A program made the translations under genes and the position numbers. Positions 1-10,013 of a stretch of 64,000 bases of DNA are shown here, in pieces. The notes beneath the pieces were generated by a model. It saw only the letters and a program-made list of their open reading frames with translations, did not search any database and was not told where the DNA came from. Numbering within the stretch: the stretch's first letter is position 1; each line of letters opens with the position of its first letter. Source of the stretch: Phycisphaerae bacterium (GTDB lineage: Bacteria > Planctomycetota > Phycisphaerae > UBA1845 > Fen-1342); NCBI GenBank assembly GCA_963675745.2, contig CAXXWX010000026.1, positions 192,001 through 256,000 on the forward strand, written 5' to 3'.

Positions 1-608
1 TGAACTACGCGTACTGCAACTCGGTGCAGGCCAGCCGGCAGGCGATCGAGCACCTCCTGCAACTCGGACACCAACGCATCGCGATCGCCCACAACACCAT
101 CCTTGACACCGATCATCGTGATCGAATCGCAGCTTACGAAGAGGTGCTTACCCGCTCCGGTATCGGGATCGATCCGGAGTTGATCGTGCCCATCAGCGCC
201 GAGATCGGCGGTGGTGCGGCGGCGTTCAACCGCCTGGTATCGCTGCGCGAGCCCCCCACCGCGCTGTTTTTGACCGACCCGCAGTTGACGCTCGGCGTGC
301 TCCGCCGCGCCTTGGAAGTAAACGTGCGTATCCCCAACGAGCTTTCGATCGTGGGCGTGGATGACGAGCGTCTGCGAAAGACCACCCACCCGGTCTACAC
401 CGCGGTCTGCCAGAACGCCGCCGAGCTTGGCAATCAGGCCGGCCGTTGGCTCTGTCGCCAGTTGGCGCAAGGTTTCCGGCGTAATGGCAATTCGGGGAAA
501 CTGCGTTCCGAACTGGATGCGTTTCTGGAGATCAACCAGACCACCGCACCGCCGCCGGACCGGGCGGTGCGTATGACACCCAGCGGGCAACGGATCCAGG
601 CTGAATAG
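1..608 (+). CDS. LacI-family transcriptional regulator, C-terminal ligand-binding domain (5' partial)
   Basis: Motifs [33 protein letters not shown]; the frame is open to the window edge. Confidence 0.88.
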   Translation, partial: NYAYCNSVQASRQAIEHLLQLGHQRIAIAHNTILDTDHRDRIAAYEEVLTRSGIGIDPELIVPISAEIGGGAAAFNRLVSLREPPTALFLTDPQLTLGVLRRALEVNVRIPNELSIVGVDDERLRKTTHPVYTAVCQNAAELGNQAGRWLCRQLAQGFRRNGNSGKLRSELDAFLEINQTTAPPPDRAVRMTPSGQRIQAE

Positions 609-631
609 GCACGCCCCAAGGGACTCGGGCT

Positions 632-1459
632 ATGCAGGCATATTCCACCTCGAACAACGCAGTGCAGCGGCCGGCCAGTCGTCAGACGGCGTTCACGCTG
701 ATTGAGCTGCTCGTTGTCGTGGCGATCATTGCGTTATTGATCTCCATTCTGCTGCCGTCGCTGGCGCACGCGCGCCGGCAAGCCATGCGCGTACTGTGCC
801 AATCGAATCTCCGGCAGCAGAACATGGCCACGCTGCTTTACATCAACGACAATGACGAGCGCTACCCAATCGCCAAGAACTTCTTCTGGGAACGATACTT
901 TTACAATGACCTCACATTCGCCAACTACACCCAGGATGCGCTGATTCCATACCTGGGCGGCGTGCGCGGACAGGATGTGCCCGTCGACCCGGTTGATTAC
1001 AACATCATCGCGTTCTCAAAGGTCTTTCGCTGTCCGTCGGTCGAACGTCGTCCAGCCACGCCCAACACCACCGATCCGAACGGCGTCAGTTGGATCAAGA
1101 GCCCCGCGGCCAACCACTATCGCTACAACACCCACAAGGCAGTCGTTCATCCGCGCCCGCCGCGCAAGCCGCTGGGGCGTGCCGTGGGGCAGGTCGCTTC
1201 GCCGGCTATCGCGATCCTGTCGTACGACATTGTTTTCCCGCAGTGGTCACTCAAGGACATTCCGCACGGCACCGAGGGCCGACGGCAAATCAACGTGGCG
1301 TACGCCGACGGGCACGTAGCGCCGATGACGGGCGAGGAGTACTTCGAGCTCAGCCCGCATTCGAACGAGCCGGACTACACGGATGAAGGGCGCAATCTGT
1401 TCATCGCCAACGGCTGGGACAAGGTCTACGACGATCCAAACGAGTTATCGCAGGAGTAG
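632..1459 (+). CDS. Prepilin-type N-terminal cleavage/methylation domain protein (DUF1559-like, H-X9-DG C-terminus)
   Basis: [36 protein letters not shown]-terminal H...NVAYADGHV. Confidence 0.92.
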   Translation: MQAYSTSNNAVQRPASRQTAFTLIELLVVVAIIALLISILLPSLAHARRQAMRVLCQSNLRQQNMATLLYINDNDERYPIAKNFFWERYFYNDLTFANYTQDALIPYLGGVRGQDVPVDPVDYNIIAFSKVFRCPSVERRPATPNTTDPNGVSWIKSPAANHYRYNTHKAVVHPRPPRKPLGRAVGQVASPAIAILSYDIVFPQWSLKDIPHGTEGRRQINVAYADGHVAPMTGEEYFELSPHSNEPDYTDEGRNLFIANGWDKVYDDPNELSQE

Positions 1460-1464
1460 CCCGA

Positions 1465-3897
1465 GTGCCGGGAACTGGAGGCAGGCAGGGAGTTTGCTGG
1501 CGCGTTGGTATCGCGCTGCTGGTGCAGACTGCGCTGCTTGCCGCGGCCGTGGCCGAACCGCTGCCTCACCTGCGCGTGTCGGGCTCCAGGCTGGTCGATG
1601 ACCAGGACCGCCCTATCGTTCTCAAGGGCTGCAACCTGGGTAACTGGCTGCTGCTTGAACCGTGGATGCTCGGCGTGAGCAACCAGTTCGCCGATCAACA
1701 CGAGATCATCAAAGCGTTCGAGGACCGCTTCGGGCAGAACCGGGCAGAGGCTCTTCTCGACACATACCGCCGCAACTGGATTACGCCGCGCGAGCTCGAA
1801 CTCGTTCGTCACTTTCAGTTCAACGTCGTGCGCGTACCGTTCCACCACCGACTGCTCGCCGATGAATCAACGCCAGTTGAGCTGCGCGACGACGCGTTTG
1901 AGTGGCTCGATCGCGCTGTGGATATGGCTGAGGCGGCGGGCGTGTACGTCATTCTCGATATGCACGGCGCGCCCGGCGGGCAAAGCGTCGACATGACCAC
2001 CGGCCGCAAAGGGCGGAACCGCCTGTGGAATGATGCGGGGTGCCAGCGCCGGACGGCCTGGTTGTGGCAGCGTATCGCCGAGCGCTATCGCGACCGCGAC
2101 GCCGTCATAGCCTACGACCTGCTGAACGAGCCGTGGCACGACTACCGCACGGATGTCCGTGGCCCGCTGCTGAAGCTCGTGAGCAAGCTGTATGACTCGA
2201 TTCGCGAAGTCGATCCGGAAACGCTGATCTTCGCGCCCGGCACGCTACAGGGCATTCGTTTTTACGGCGATCCGCGCGCGCACGGCTGGACGAATGTCGG
2301 GCTAACCGAGCACCACTACCCCGGCCTGTTCGGCCAGGGCGCGCCGACGCTCGCGGCACACGCGAACTACCTCACCACCTTGACGCCGGCCCGCGCCGCG
2401 TACCTCAACACGCTCAACGTGCCCTTCCTCGTCGGCGAATTCAACGTGGTGTTCGACACCGCCGCGCAACCCGAAATGATGCGGCGTTACTACGACGAGT
2501 TCGCCGGATACAACTGGCTCGCAACGATGTGGTCGCTGCGGATCGTTCGGCCCGAAGGTGGTGTCGGCGAGAACAACTGGTACCTGGCAACGAACGCAGA
2601 GCCGTTTGCGCTACCCGACTTCAAGACCGCAAGCTTTGACGAGATTGAGGCGGCGTTTGAACGGCTTGGCACGCAGGAGCTGGCCGTTGATGAGCCACTG
2701 CGTCTCGCGTTGACGCAGGCGACTCCACCGGACCTTCCCATCGCGCTGGGGGACACGGCTAACCGGAAAATCCTCGACAGCGCGCCGAAGGGGTGGCGCG
2801 CGGTCGACGTCGGCGGCGCGGCGCCGGGCGGGGGCCACTACGATGAAGAGGACCGCGCCATCCTCTTCGGGCGTGGCGGTGATTTGTGGGGCGCGCACGA
2901 CGAATTCCGTTTCCTCGCGCACGCCGCCACGGATGATGCCAAACTCGTCACGTGGTTGACCGAGTTGCAAGCCCCGCACCGGCACGCCAAGGCCGGACTC
3001 ATGTTGCGCGCCGGTCTTGATGCCGATGACGCGCATGTGCTGATCCACGGATTCGCCGACGGCCGGGTCGTACTGGCGTGGCGTCCGGAGAAAGGGGCCG
3101 CGACACAGGAACGCGTGCTGGCAATCACCGGATTCCCGATGGGGCTCGACATCGAACGCAACGACGGCCACATCCGTGTCCGATTCGCCGATGTCGATGG
3201 TCAATGGTGCGAAACAAGCGCCCCGGAAATCCCTGCTTTGCGCAGCGGCGGACAGATTGGCATGGTCGTGTGCGGCCATGACGAGCATGCCTATGCCCGC
3301 GCGACGTTTGTTGGCCGGGGCCGCGTCGCCCACGACCGCCCTGACGGAAAACATGAGAACCTGCTCCGCAACGCGTCGTTCGAACGGTGCGCGGCCGAGA
3401 CAACCGATTTGCCGGCTGATTGGCAGCGTTGGGGCGCTTGGTTCAACCGCGAGGATAGTTGGACGCCGCGCCGTGACGGCGAGTGCGTGCTTGCGTATCA
3501 CCACTGGCGGCTTGAGCGGGCCGACAGTGCGGGAATTTACCAGGAGGTGGTCGGGATCGCGCCGGGCGTCTCGACCACTTTCTCTGTCTTCGCCAATCGC
3601 GACGAACCCCGAGAGGACATGCACGGTCCGGCGAGTGTCGAACTACGGATCGAGAGCACATTGAACGGACGGATGGTCCATGTTGCCTCGCAAACGTACG
3701 CCGCCGCACAAATCGCGACCGGCGACAAGTGGAGCAAGCTGACTGTTGACGGTGCCGTGCCGAGCGACTCGGCGCGCGTCTTGCTGATTGTGAGTGCCAG
3801 TAAGGAAACCCCGCGTGATGCCGCGTTGAAGTTTGACGCCGCCGCGCTGCGAACTGTGGAGAACGCCCCCGGGCTGGTGCGCGCCGGGTCTGACTGA
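1465..3897 (+). CDS. Secreted GH5 glycoside hydrolase with a central lectin-like domain and a C-terminal CBM-like domain
   Basis: Signal peptide; GCNLGNWLLLEPWM, LDMHGAPGGQ, YDLLNEP (acid/base), VGEFN (nucleophile); DLWG..DEFRF/AKAGLMLR module; ENLLRNASFE module. Confidence 0.88.
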   Translation: MPGTGGRQGVCWRVGIALLVQTALLAAAVAEPLPHLRVSGSRLVDDQDRPIVLKGCNLGNWLLLEPWMLGVSNQFADQHEIIKAFEDRFGQNRAEALLDTYRRNWITPRELELVRHFQFNVVRVPFHHRLLADESTPVELRDDAFEWLDRAVDMAEAAGVYVILDMHGAPGGQSVDMTTGRKGRNRLWNDAGCQRRTAWLWQRIAERYRDRDAVIAYDLLNEPWHDYRTDVRGPLLKLVSKLYDSIREVDPETLIFAPGTLQGIRFYGDPRAHGWTNVGLTEHHYPGLFGQGAPTLAAHANYLTTLTPARAAYLNTLNVPFLVGEFNVVFDTAAQPEMMRRYYDEFAGYNWLATMWSLRIVRPEGGVGENNWYLATNAEPFALPDFKTASFDEIEAAFERLGTQELAVDEPLRLALTQATPPDLPIALGDTANRKILDSAPKGWRAVDVGGAAPGGGHYDEEDRAILFGRGGDLWGAHDEFRFLAHAATDDAKLVTWLTELQAPHRHAKAGLMLRAGLDADDAHVLIHGFADGRVVLAWRPEKGAATQERVLAITGFPMGLDIERNDGHIRVRFADVDGQWCETSAPEIPALRSGGQIGMVVCGHDEHAYARATFVGRGRVAHDRPDGKHENLLRNASFERCAAETTDLPADWQRWGAWFNREDSWTPRRDGECVLAYHHWRLERADSAGIYQEVVGIAPGVSTTFSVFANRDEPREDMHGPASVELRIESTLNGRMVHVASQTYAAAQIATGDKWSKLTVDGAVPSDSARVLLIVSASKETPRDAALKFDAAALRTVENAPGLVRAGSD

Positions 3898-3920
3898 ACC
3901 CTGTATAAGGAGGAAAGAGC

Positions 3921-4541
3921 ATGAGGAGATTGTTGCTGATTGGGTTGTTATGTGTGGCGGTTAGTCCAGCATCCGCAAACCTGCTGGTCAACGGCGGTTT
4001 CGAGGACGGCGACACCGGCCCGATCAATGGCGATGGCGTACCGCCAAGCTGGTTCGCATGGGGCCCCGAGAGCGGCTGGCATCACAACGACGCCGGCAAG
4101 GTCATTGATACCAAGGCCGTGAAGTTCTGGTGGGATGACGTAGGCCTCTGGCAGGATGTCGCCGTCGTCGGTGGCACCGAGTACGACTTCAGCGTGATGG
4201 CGTTCAATTCCACCGATGATCTACTCACCGGCTGGAACGGGCTGCTGAGAGCCGAGTTTTACGACAGCACGGTCGGCACCGATCCGGGCGACGTGCTCTC
4301 ATCGGTGCAACTTGACCGTTACTACTCGGCGACCGATCCGGTGGACGCGTGGGTCGAGATCAGCGGGCCTGCAACCGCGCCCCCGACCGCCGACATCGGC
4401 CGCATCATCATCCAGATCGCCGACTGGCAGTCATCGGGTGTAGGTGGTTCGCTGAATTTCGACAACGCGTCGATTACGCCGGAGCCAACGTCGGCGCTGG
4501 CGCTGCTGAGCCTTGCACTATTGGCACTGCGCCGCCGGTAG
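3921..4541 (+). CDS. PEP-CTERM sorting-domain protein with a CBM-like beta-sandwich
   Basis: SD AAGGAGG; signal peptide; NLLVNGGFE; C-terminal TPEPTSALALLSLALLALRRR. Confidence 0.9.
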   Translation: MRRLLLIGLLCVAVSPASANLLVNGGFEDGDTGPINGDGVPPSWFAWGPESGWHHNDAGKVIDTKAVKFWWDDVGLWQDVAVVGGTEYDFSVMAFNSTDDLLTGWNGLLRAEFYDSTVGTDPGDVLSSVQLDRYYSATDPVDAWVEISGPATAPPTADIGRIIIQIADWQSSGVGGSLNFDNASITPEPTSALALLSLALLALRRR

Positions 4542-4676
4542 TCCGGCCGCGTTGTCGCGACCGAGTGAGTGGAGGTTGGGCCGCGCGTTCCGCTCGCGGG
4601 AGCGGGTGCGTCAGGGCAGTTGTGGGCTGAATTCGCCGCCGGTCGTGTCGGGGCGAGAGTGTTTTGGAGAGCGAGA

Positions 4677-6926
4677 ATGCGCAAGTTTGGACAGCTTCTG
4701 GTGGTGGCCGCGTTGTTGGGCACGTTCGCGAGTGCCGGCCACGCCGTCGATAACCTGTTGGTTAATCCCGGCTTCGCCGACACCGATCCGAACGTCCCCG
4801 GCTATGGTGACGGTTGGGGGATGTTTGGCGCGGCCGACTTCAACGATTTCTTCGGAAACCCGCACGCGAGCTTTTACGGCGATACCGCGGGTAATACCGG
4901 CGGCGTGTTTCAGGTGGGTCTCACCGGCGGTGCCGGCGCGACCTATCAATTCACCCTGGCGAACACGCGTATCGAGGCGAACTGGGATGCCGACCTGTAT
5001 TTCGGACTCGAATACTACGCGGCTGACGACACCACCAAGCTCGGCGAAACGCTGGTGCTCGCGGACACCGCGACACGCGTCGCGCAGGCACGCGTCGATG
5101 GAAACGTCTTCGCGATGGCGGGCACGGCGGTCACAGGGACAGCGTTCGTACGGCCCATTGTCAGATTCGACAATGTGAATACGGGCTACTCCAGCGAACC
5201 GTCCGCCAACACCTTCTTGTTCAATACCTTCCTGAATGTCGCGCCCTTGCCGGGACAGAACTACCTCAAGAACCCGGGGTTCGATGACCTGGACGGCGAC
5301 GCGGCGTTCGGCGACTACTGGTCCGCCTATGGCGCCGCGGGGTTTAACGAGTTTTTCGGGCCAAACAACCCGCACGCGAGCCTGTTCGCCGACACAATCG
5401 GTAACTTCGGCGGCGTATACCAGCAGGGGATTCTCGGAGTGGCCGGCGCGACCTATCAACTCTCACTTAGCAATGTGCGCGTCGAGGCCGACTTCGACGG
5501 TGACCTCTTCTTCGGGCTCGAGTATTACGGCGATGATGACTACACCAAGCTCGGCGAGGACATTGTCGCCATCGATACCGTCCTCACCGGGGATGGCCTG
5601 GCGTATACGATGCTTGGCACCGCTGTCACAGGTACCGTGTACGTCCGCCCGGTGGTCTTCTTTGACAATGTGCAGACCACCGGCACACAGCGCGGCGTGT
5701 TCATTTTCGACGCCACGCTGACCGAACCGGCGCCGGGCTTTAACCTGCTGCGCAACCCCGGCTTCCTTGATACCGATTCCAATGGTGAGTTCGGTGATCA
5801 TTGGGGCTCATTCGGCGCGACGGGCTTCCACGACTACTGGGGCGGCAACCCGCACGCGAGCCTGTTCGGCGATTGGTTCGACAATATCGGCGCTGTATTC
5901 CAACTCGGGCTGCCGGCGCTGCCCGGCGAGGCCTATGAGTTCGATCTGCTCGACACACGGATCGAGGAGAACTGGGATGCGGACCTGTACGCCGGCATCG
6001 AGTTCTACGCCGCCGACAACGCAACCAAGATCAGCGAGACCTTGGTGTTGCTGGACACGGCGGCTCGGCTGGCTCTGGGCCTGACCGATGGCAACGTCTT
6101 CAGCATGCAGGCCACGGCGCCCGCCGGCGCGAAGTATGCCCGGCCGATCATACGCTTCGACAATGTGAATCAGGACTACTTCGGCGATGTCGAGCAGACC
6201 AACTCGTTCACCTTCAACACGTTCATGGGCCTGGCCCCGCTGCCCGACGAAGAGCACATCAAGAACCCCGGCTTCAACGACGCCGATGGCGATGGTGGTT
6301 TTGGCGACTACTGGGGCAAGTTCGGCGCCGTCGACTTCAACGAGTTCTTCGGATCGGGCAATCCCCACGCCAGTTTCTTTGCCGACACGATCGGCAACAC
6401 GGGCTTTGTCTATCAACCGTCGATCCTCGCCATCAGCGACGCGCAGTACGAGTTCCAACTGCTCGACGTACGCATCGAGGCCAACTTCGACGCGGACCTG
6501 TACTTCGGTCTGGAGTACTACGGCGATGACAATTTCGTGAAGATCGGTGAGACCGTCGAACTAATCGATACAAGCATCACCGGCGACGGCTTGTCTTACA
6601 GCCTGTACAGCACCGCCCCGCCGACCGCGGCCTACGTCCGGCCGATTATCTTCTACGACAATGTGGGGACCACCGGCGGTGAGCAGAGAAACGCTTTCGT
6701 CTTCGCCACATCGCTGACCGAAGCGGCCGGCCTCGTCGGCGATCTGAACTGCGACGGCATAGTGAACAACGGCGATATCGACCCGTTCGTGCTGGCCTTG
6801 AACGACCCCGGCGCCTACGCCGCCGCCTACCCGGATTGCGATATCAATCTGGGAGATATCAACGACGACGGAAACGTGAATAACGGCGATATCGACCCGT
6901 TTGTGGGGCTGCTGACATCGCCGTGA
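4677..6926 (+). CDS. Secreted protein with four ~160-aa CBM-like repeats and a C-terminal dockerin-like domain
   Basis: ATG 4677 after GGAGA; signal peptide; four N..NPGF.D...W..FGA...NPHAS repeats; GDLNCDG...GDINDDG C-terminus. Confidence 0.85.
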   Translation: MRKFGQLLVVAALLGTFASAGHAVDNLLVNPGFADTDPNVPGYGDGWGMFGAADFNDFFGNPHASFYGDTAGNTGGVFQVGLTGGAGATYQFTLANTRIEANWDADLYFGLEYYAADDTTKLGETLVLADTATRVAQARVDGNVFAMAGTAVTGTAFVRPIVRFDNVNTGYSSEPSANTFLFNTFLNVAPLPGQNYLKNPGFDDLDGDAAFGDYWSAYGAAGFNEFFGPNNPHASLFADTIGNFGGVYQQGILGVAGATYQLSLSNVRVEADFDGDLFFGLEYYGDDDYTKLGEDIVAIDTVLTGDGLAYTMLGTAVTGTVYVRPVVFFDNVQTTGTQRGVFIFDATLTEPAPGFNLLRNPGFLDTDSNGEFGDHWGSFGATGFHDYWGGNPHASLFGDWFDNIGAVFQLGLPALPGEAYEFDLLDTRIEENWDADLYAGIEFYAADNATKISETLVLLDTAARLALGLTDGNVFSMQATAPAGAKYARPIIRFDNVNQDYFGDVEQTNSFTFNTFMGLAPLPDEEHIKNPGFNDADGDGGFGDYWGKFGAVDFNEFFGSGNPHASFFADTIGNTGFVYQPSILAISDAQYEFQLLDVRIEANFDADLYFGLEYYGDDNFVKIGETVELIDTSITGDGLSYSLYSTAPPTAAYVRPIIFYDNVGTTGGEQRNAFVFATSLTEAAGLVGDLNCDGIVNNGDIDPFVLALNDPGAYAAAYPDCDINLGDINDDGNVNNGDIDPFVGLLTSP

Positions 6927-7054
6927 GGATGAAGACCAGCGCGGCGGCGCACAATTCGTGACGCGCCGACGCCGGTCGCACTGTACAATGCGCTTGGTCG
7001 GTCACAACCAGGCCGGCCAGGCGCATCTGACTATGCGTATCCTGATGTGAGCAA

Positions 7055-8854
7055 GTGAACGTGATGAATCGAGCTGGCCAATCGGCGTGGATGTTGTGCG
7101 TGGCGTTCCTGATCGCGCCAGCGGCCGCCGCTGATACGGTCGACGTTTGGCTCACACGGGGCGACCAGGTCAGCTTGCTTGAACAGCGGCCCGCACTCGC
7201 CTGGCAATCCGGTGACGGTACCCACAGCACCAAAATCCACGTCGATCCAAACGTCACCTATCAGACCATCGACGGCTTCGGCGCATCCGTGACCGACTCG
7301 TCGGCATGGCTGATTCAATATGAATTGAACTCCGCCCAGCGCAATGCGCTGATGGACGCGCTGTTCGCGCGCGACACCGGCATCGGCATCAGCTTTCTCC
7401 GTGTGCCCATGGGCGCGTCTGACTTCGCACTCAGCGCGTATACCTACGACGACATGCCGGCCGGTCAGACTGACCCCACGCTGGCCAATTTCTCGATCTC
7501 CCACGACGAAACCTACATCATCCCGACGCTGCTCGATGCGGCCGGCCGTACCGACGAGCTGAAGATCATCGCGTCGCCGTGGAGCCCACCGGCGTGGATG
7601 AAGAACACGCAAAGCCTGTGGGGTGGCTCGCTGGAGTCGCAGTACTACGCCCCCTACGCGCAGTATTTCGTGCGGTTCGTCGAGGGCTATCAGGCCGCCG
7701 GCGTACCGATCTACGCCGTCACCCCGCAGAACGAGCCGCTGAACGACACCACGTCGATGCCGGCGGCCACGATGCAGACCTATCAGCAGAGCGCATTCGT
7801 CGGCGACCATCTGGGACCGGCGTTTGCGACGGCTGCCATCAGCACAAAGATCATCGCCTTTGACCACAACTGGTCCGATTGGAATTACCCGGTGGTTGTG
7901 CTCAACGACGCCGAGGCCGGGCCGTTTATCGCCGGCGCGGCGTTTCACGGCTATGCCGGCGACGTGTCGCAGCAGTCGACGTTTCACACGTTTCATCCGG
8001 ACGCCGAGGTCCACTTCACGGAAATCACCGGCGGCGACTGGGCCACGAACTTTGCCGACAATCTCATGTGGGGGCTGCGCAACATCATCATCGGCGCGAC
8101 GCGCAACTGGTCGCGCAGCGCGCTCTTCTGGAACATCGCCCTGGATCAGAATCACGGCCCGCGCATCGGCGGTTGTTCCGACTGCCGCGGCGTTGTCACA
8201 ATAGACACCGGCAGCGGTGATGTGACATACGAGGTCGAGTATTACATCATCGGGCACGCCAGCAAGTTCGTGCGGCCGGGCGCGGTGCGGATCGACTCGG
8301 ATTCGCTGACGGACACCGTCGAGACGGCCGCTTTTGTGAATGTCGATGGCTCGAAGGTGCTGATCGCGGTCAACCCGCAGTCGAGCTCGCGCTGGTTCGA
8401 TGTCGTGGTCAACGACCAGTCCTTCGCCTATCGCTTGACCGGCAAGTCCGTCGCCACGTTCGTCTGGGGTGTGATCGTTCCGGGCGATTTCGACTCCGAC
8501 GGGAGCGCCGATTTCGACGATGTGGATGACGGGAGTCAGGGCAACGCCAACAGCCTGTTCGATTATCTCGGCCAGGCGCCGCCGGCACCTGTCCACGATC
8601 TCGACCCAAACGGCGCGTCGGCCGGGTTGATCGACACGGCGGATCTGACGGCGTTGGTCGAGGGGATCATCGGATCGGTGCTCGGCGACCTGACGCGCGA
8701 CTACGTAGCCGACTTCGCCGACTTCCAACTCCTCGCGCCCAACATGGGCACCGCCGGCGGCTATTTCGCGGGCGACCTGAACGCCTCACTGGCAATCGAC
8801 ATCACCGACTACGCATTGATGCAAACAAGAGTCGGCACCGGAACTCGTCGATAG
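7055..8854 (+). CDS. Secreted GH30 glycoside hydrolase (glucosylceramidase/beta-1,6-glucanase-like) with a dockerin-like C-terminus
   Basis: YQTIDGFGAS, RVPMGASDF, ASPWSPPAWMK, TPQNEP, HFTEITG, GHASKFVRPGAVRI; GDFDSDG/GDLN C-terminal motifs. Confidence 0.92.
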   Translation: MNVMNRAGQSAWMLCVAFLIAPAAAADTVDVWLTRGDQVSLLEQRPALAWQSGDGTHSTKIHVDPNVTYQTIDGFGASVTDSSAWLIQYELNSAQRNALMDALFARDTGIGISFLRVPMGASDFALSAYTYDDMPAGQTDPTLANFSISHDETYIIPTLLDAAGRTDELKIIASPWSPPAWMKNTQSLWGGSLESQYYAPYAQYFVRFVEGYQAAGVPIYAVTPQNEPLNDTTSMPAATMQTYQQSAFVGDHLGPAFATAAISTKIIAFDHNWSDWNYPVVVLNDAEAGPFIAGAAFHGYAGDVSQQSTFHTFHPDAEVHFTEITGGDWATNFADNLMWGLRNIIIGATRNWSRSALFWNIALDQNHGPRIGGCSDCRGVVTIDTGSGDVTYEVEYYIIGHASKFVRPGAVRIDSDSLTDTVETAAFVNVDGSKVLIAVNPQSSSRWFDVVVNDQSFAYRLTGKSVATFVWGVIVPGDFDSDGSADFDDVDDGSQGNANSLFDYLGQAPPAPVHDLDPNGASAGLIDTADLTALVEGIIGSVLGDLTRDYVADFADFQLLAPNMGTAGGYFAGDLNASLAIDITDYALMQTRVGTGTRR

Positions 8855-8982
8855 CCACAGCTCGCTTTCCTGCGTGCAGGAACCGGTACCGTGAACACCG
8901 TGGCCTGTCAGAATCACACGTCGTTCAGGCCGAGCGCGGGAACTAATAGTCGTAACAAGTGCCGAGCCTACCGCTGATCAGC

Positions 8983-9942
8983 TCAGCAGATGTGTTGCCG
9001 ATCCACTGCTGAAAGCGGCCCGAGCTCAGACGCAGCGCCGTTATCGAGAACCTGCTCCGGCGTCTTCGCACCTGGTATGACTGTCTGGCACGCGGGGTGT
9101 GTCAGGCAGAAACGCAGGCTGACCTGCGACATCGTCTCGTCAGGATGCGCGTCGAATAGCGGCTGGTGGGCTTCGAGCCGCGTGAGGTAGTCGTCCAGTT
9201 TCTCTGCCGACAGATTCATGCGGCGGTGGTCGTCCGGCCCAAACGTACTCTGGCGCGTGAACTTGCCGGTGAGCAGACCAAAGAGCAACGGAATGCGGAC
9301 GATCACGCCGATGCCGTACTCAACGGCCTTGGGGAAGAGGACATCTTCGGCAGCGCGCTCCAGCAGGTTGTAGCGGACCTGGATGCAGTCGAGCAGGTCG
9401 TGGTGCGCATCGAGCTGTTCGGCTTGTTCGGTTTCCCTGAACGACTGGATGCTCAGGCCGATGTGCAGGATCTTGCCCTGCCGCCTGAGCTTCTCCAGCG
9501 CCGCCCAGGGCTCATCGCGGCGCAGGAGTTCGGTGTCGGGACTGTGCAGTTGGAGAATGTCGAGTGCCTCGACTTGCAGACGCCGAAGACTCTGCTCAGC
9601 GGCAAAGACGAGGTACTTTGCGTCGTAATTCGGACGGATCGGACCGTAGCCGGCGTCGTCTTTGTCATCTGCGTTGTAAAAATCGTTGCCTGCCTTCGTG
9701 GCGATGATCACGTCGCGTTTGCCGCGTTCCTTCAATACTCCGGCGATCAACTCCTCGGAATGCCCGAAGCCGTACACATCGGCGGTGTCCAGCAGCGTAA
9801 CGCCCTGGTCGAGAGCGGTGTGCAGCGCGCGGCGCGAGACATCGTCGTCAGTCGGCCCCCAATTGGCGCCGCCAATGGCCCAGGCACCAAAACCGACGGT
9901 GGAGACCATGGGACCACGATTGCCGAGTTGCTTGTTTTGCAT
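8983..9942 (-). CDS. Aldo/keto reductase
   Basis: VGFGAWAIGG, LDTADVYGFGHSEE, IATKAG, SLRRLQ..LDILQLH, VIPGAK. Confidence 0.93.
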   Translation of the reverse strand: MQNKQLGNRGPMVSTVGFGAWAIGGANWGPTDDDVSRRALHTALDQGVTLLDTADVYGFGHSEELIAGVLKERGKRDVIIATKAGNDFYNADDKDDAGYGPIRPNYDAKYLVFAAEQSLRRLQVEALDILQLHSPDTELLRRDEPWAALEKLRRQGKILHIGLSIQSFRETEQAEQLDAHHDLLDCIQVRYNLLERAAEDVLFPKAVEYGIGVIVRIPLLFGLLTGKFTRQSTFGPDDHRRMNLSAEKLDDYLTRLEAHQPLFDAHPDETMSQVSLRFCLTHPACQTVIPGAKTPEQVLDNGAASELGPLSAVDRQHIC

Positions 9943-10013
9943 GGCGTTTCTCCTCGCCGGTGATTGCTCGGAAGCGCTCTGCGTGGCCTGCCACTGTCCA
10001 AGACCAGCGGCAC

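Noticed and set aside
7031..8728. Long antisense ORFs (also 10489-11838, 22856-24166, 35605-37215, 43102-44589)
   Set aside because: They are shadows of well-supported genes on the opposite strand, expected in GC-rich DNA, and have no motifs
8948..8959. AGTCGTAACAAG, matching the conserved 3' region of 16S rRNA
   Set aside because: Only 12 nt match and the flanks show no rRNA similarity; chance
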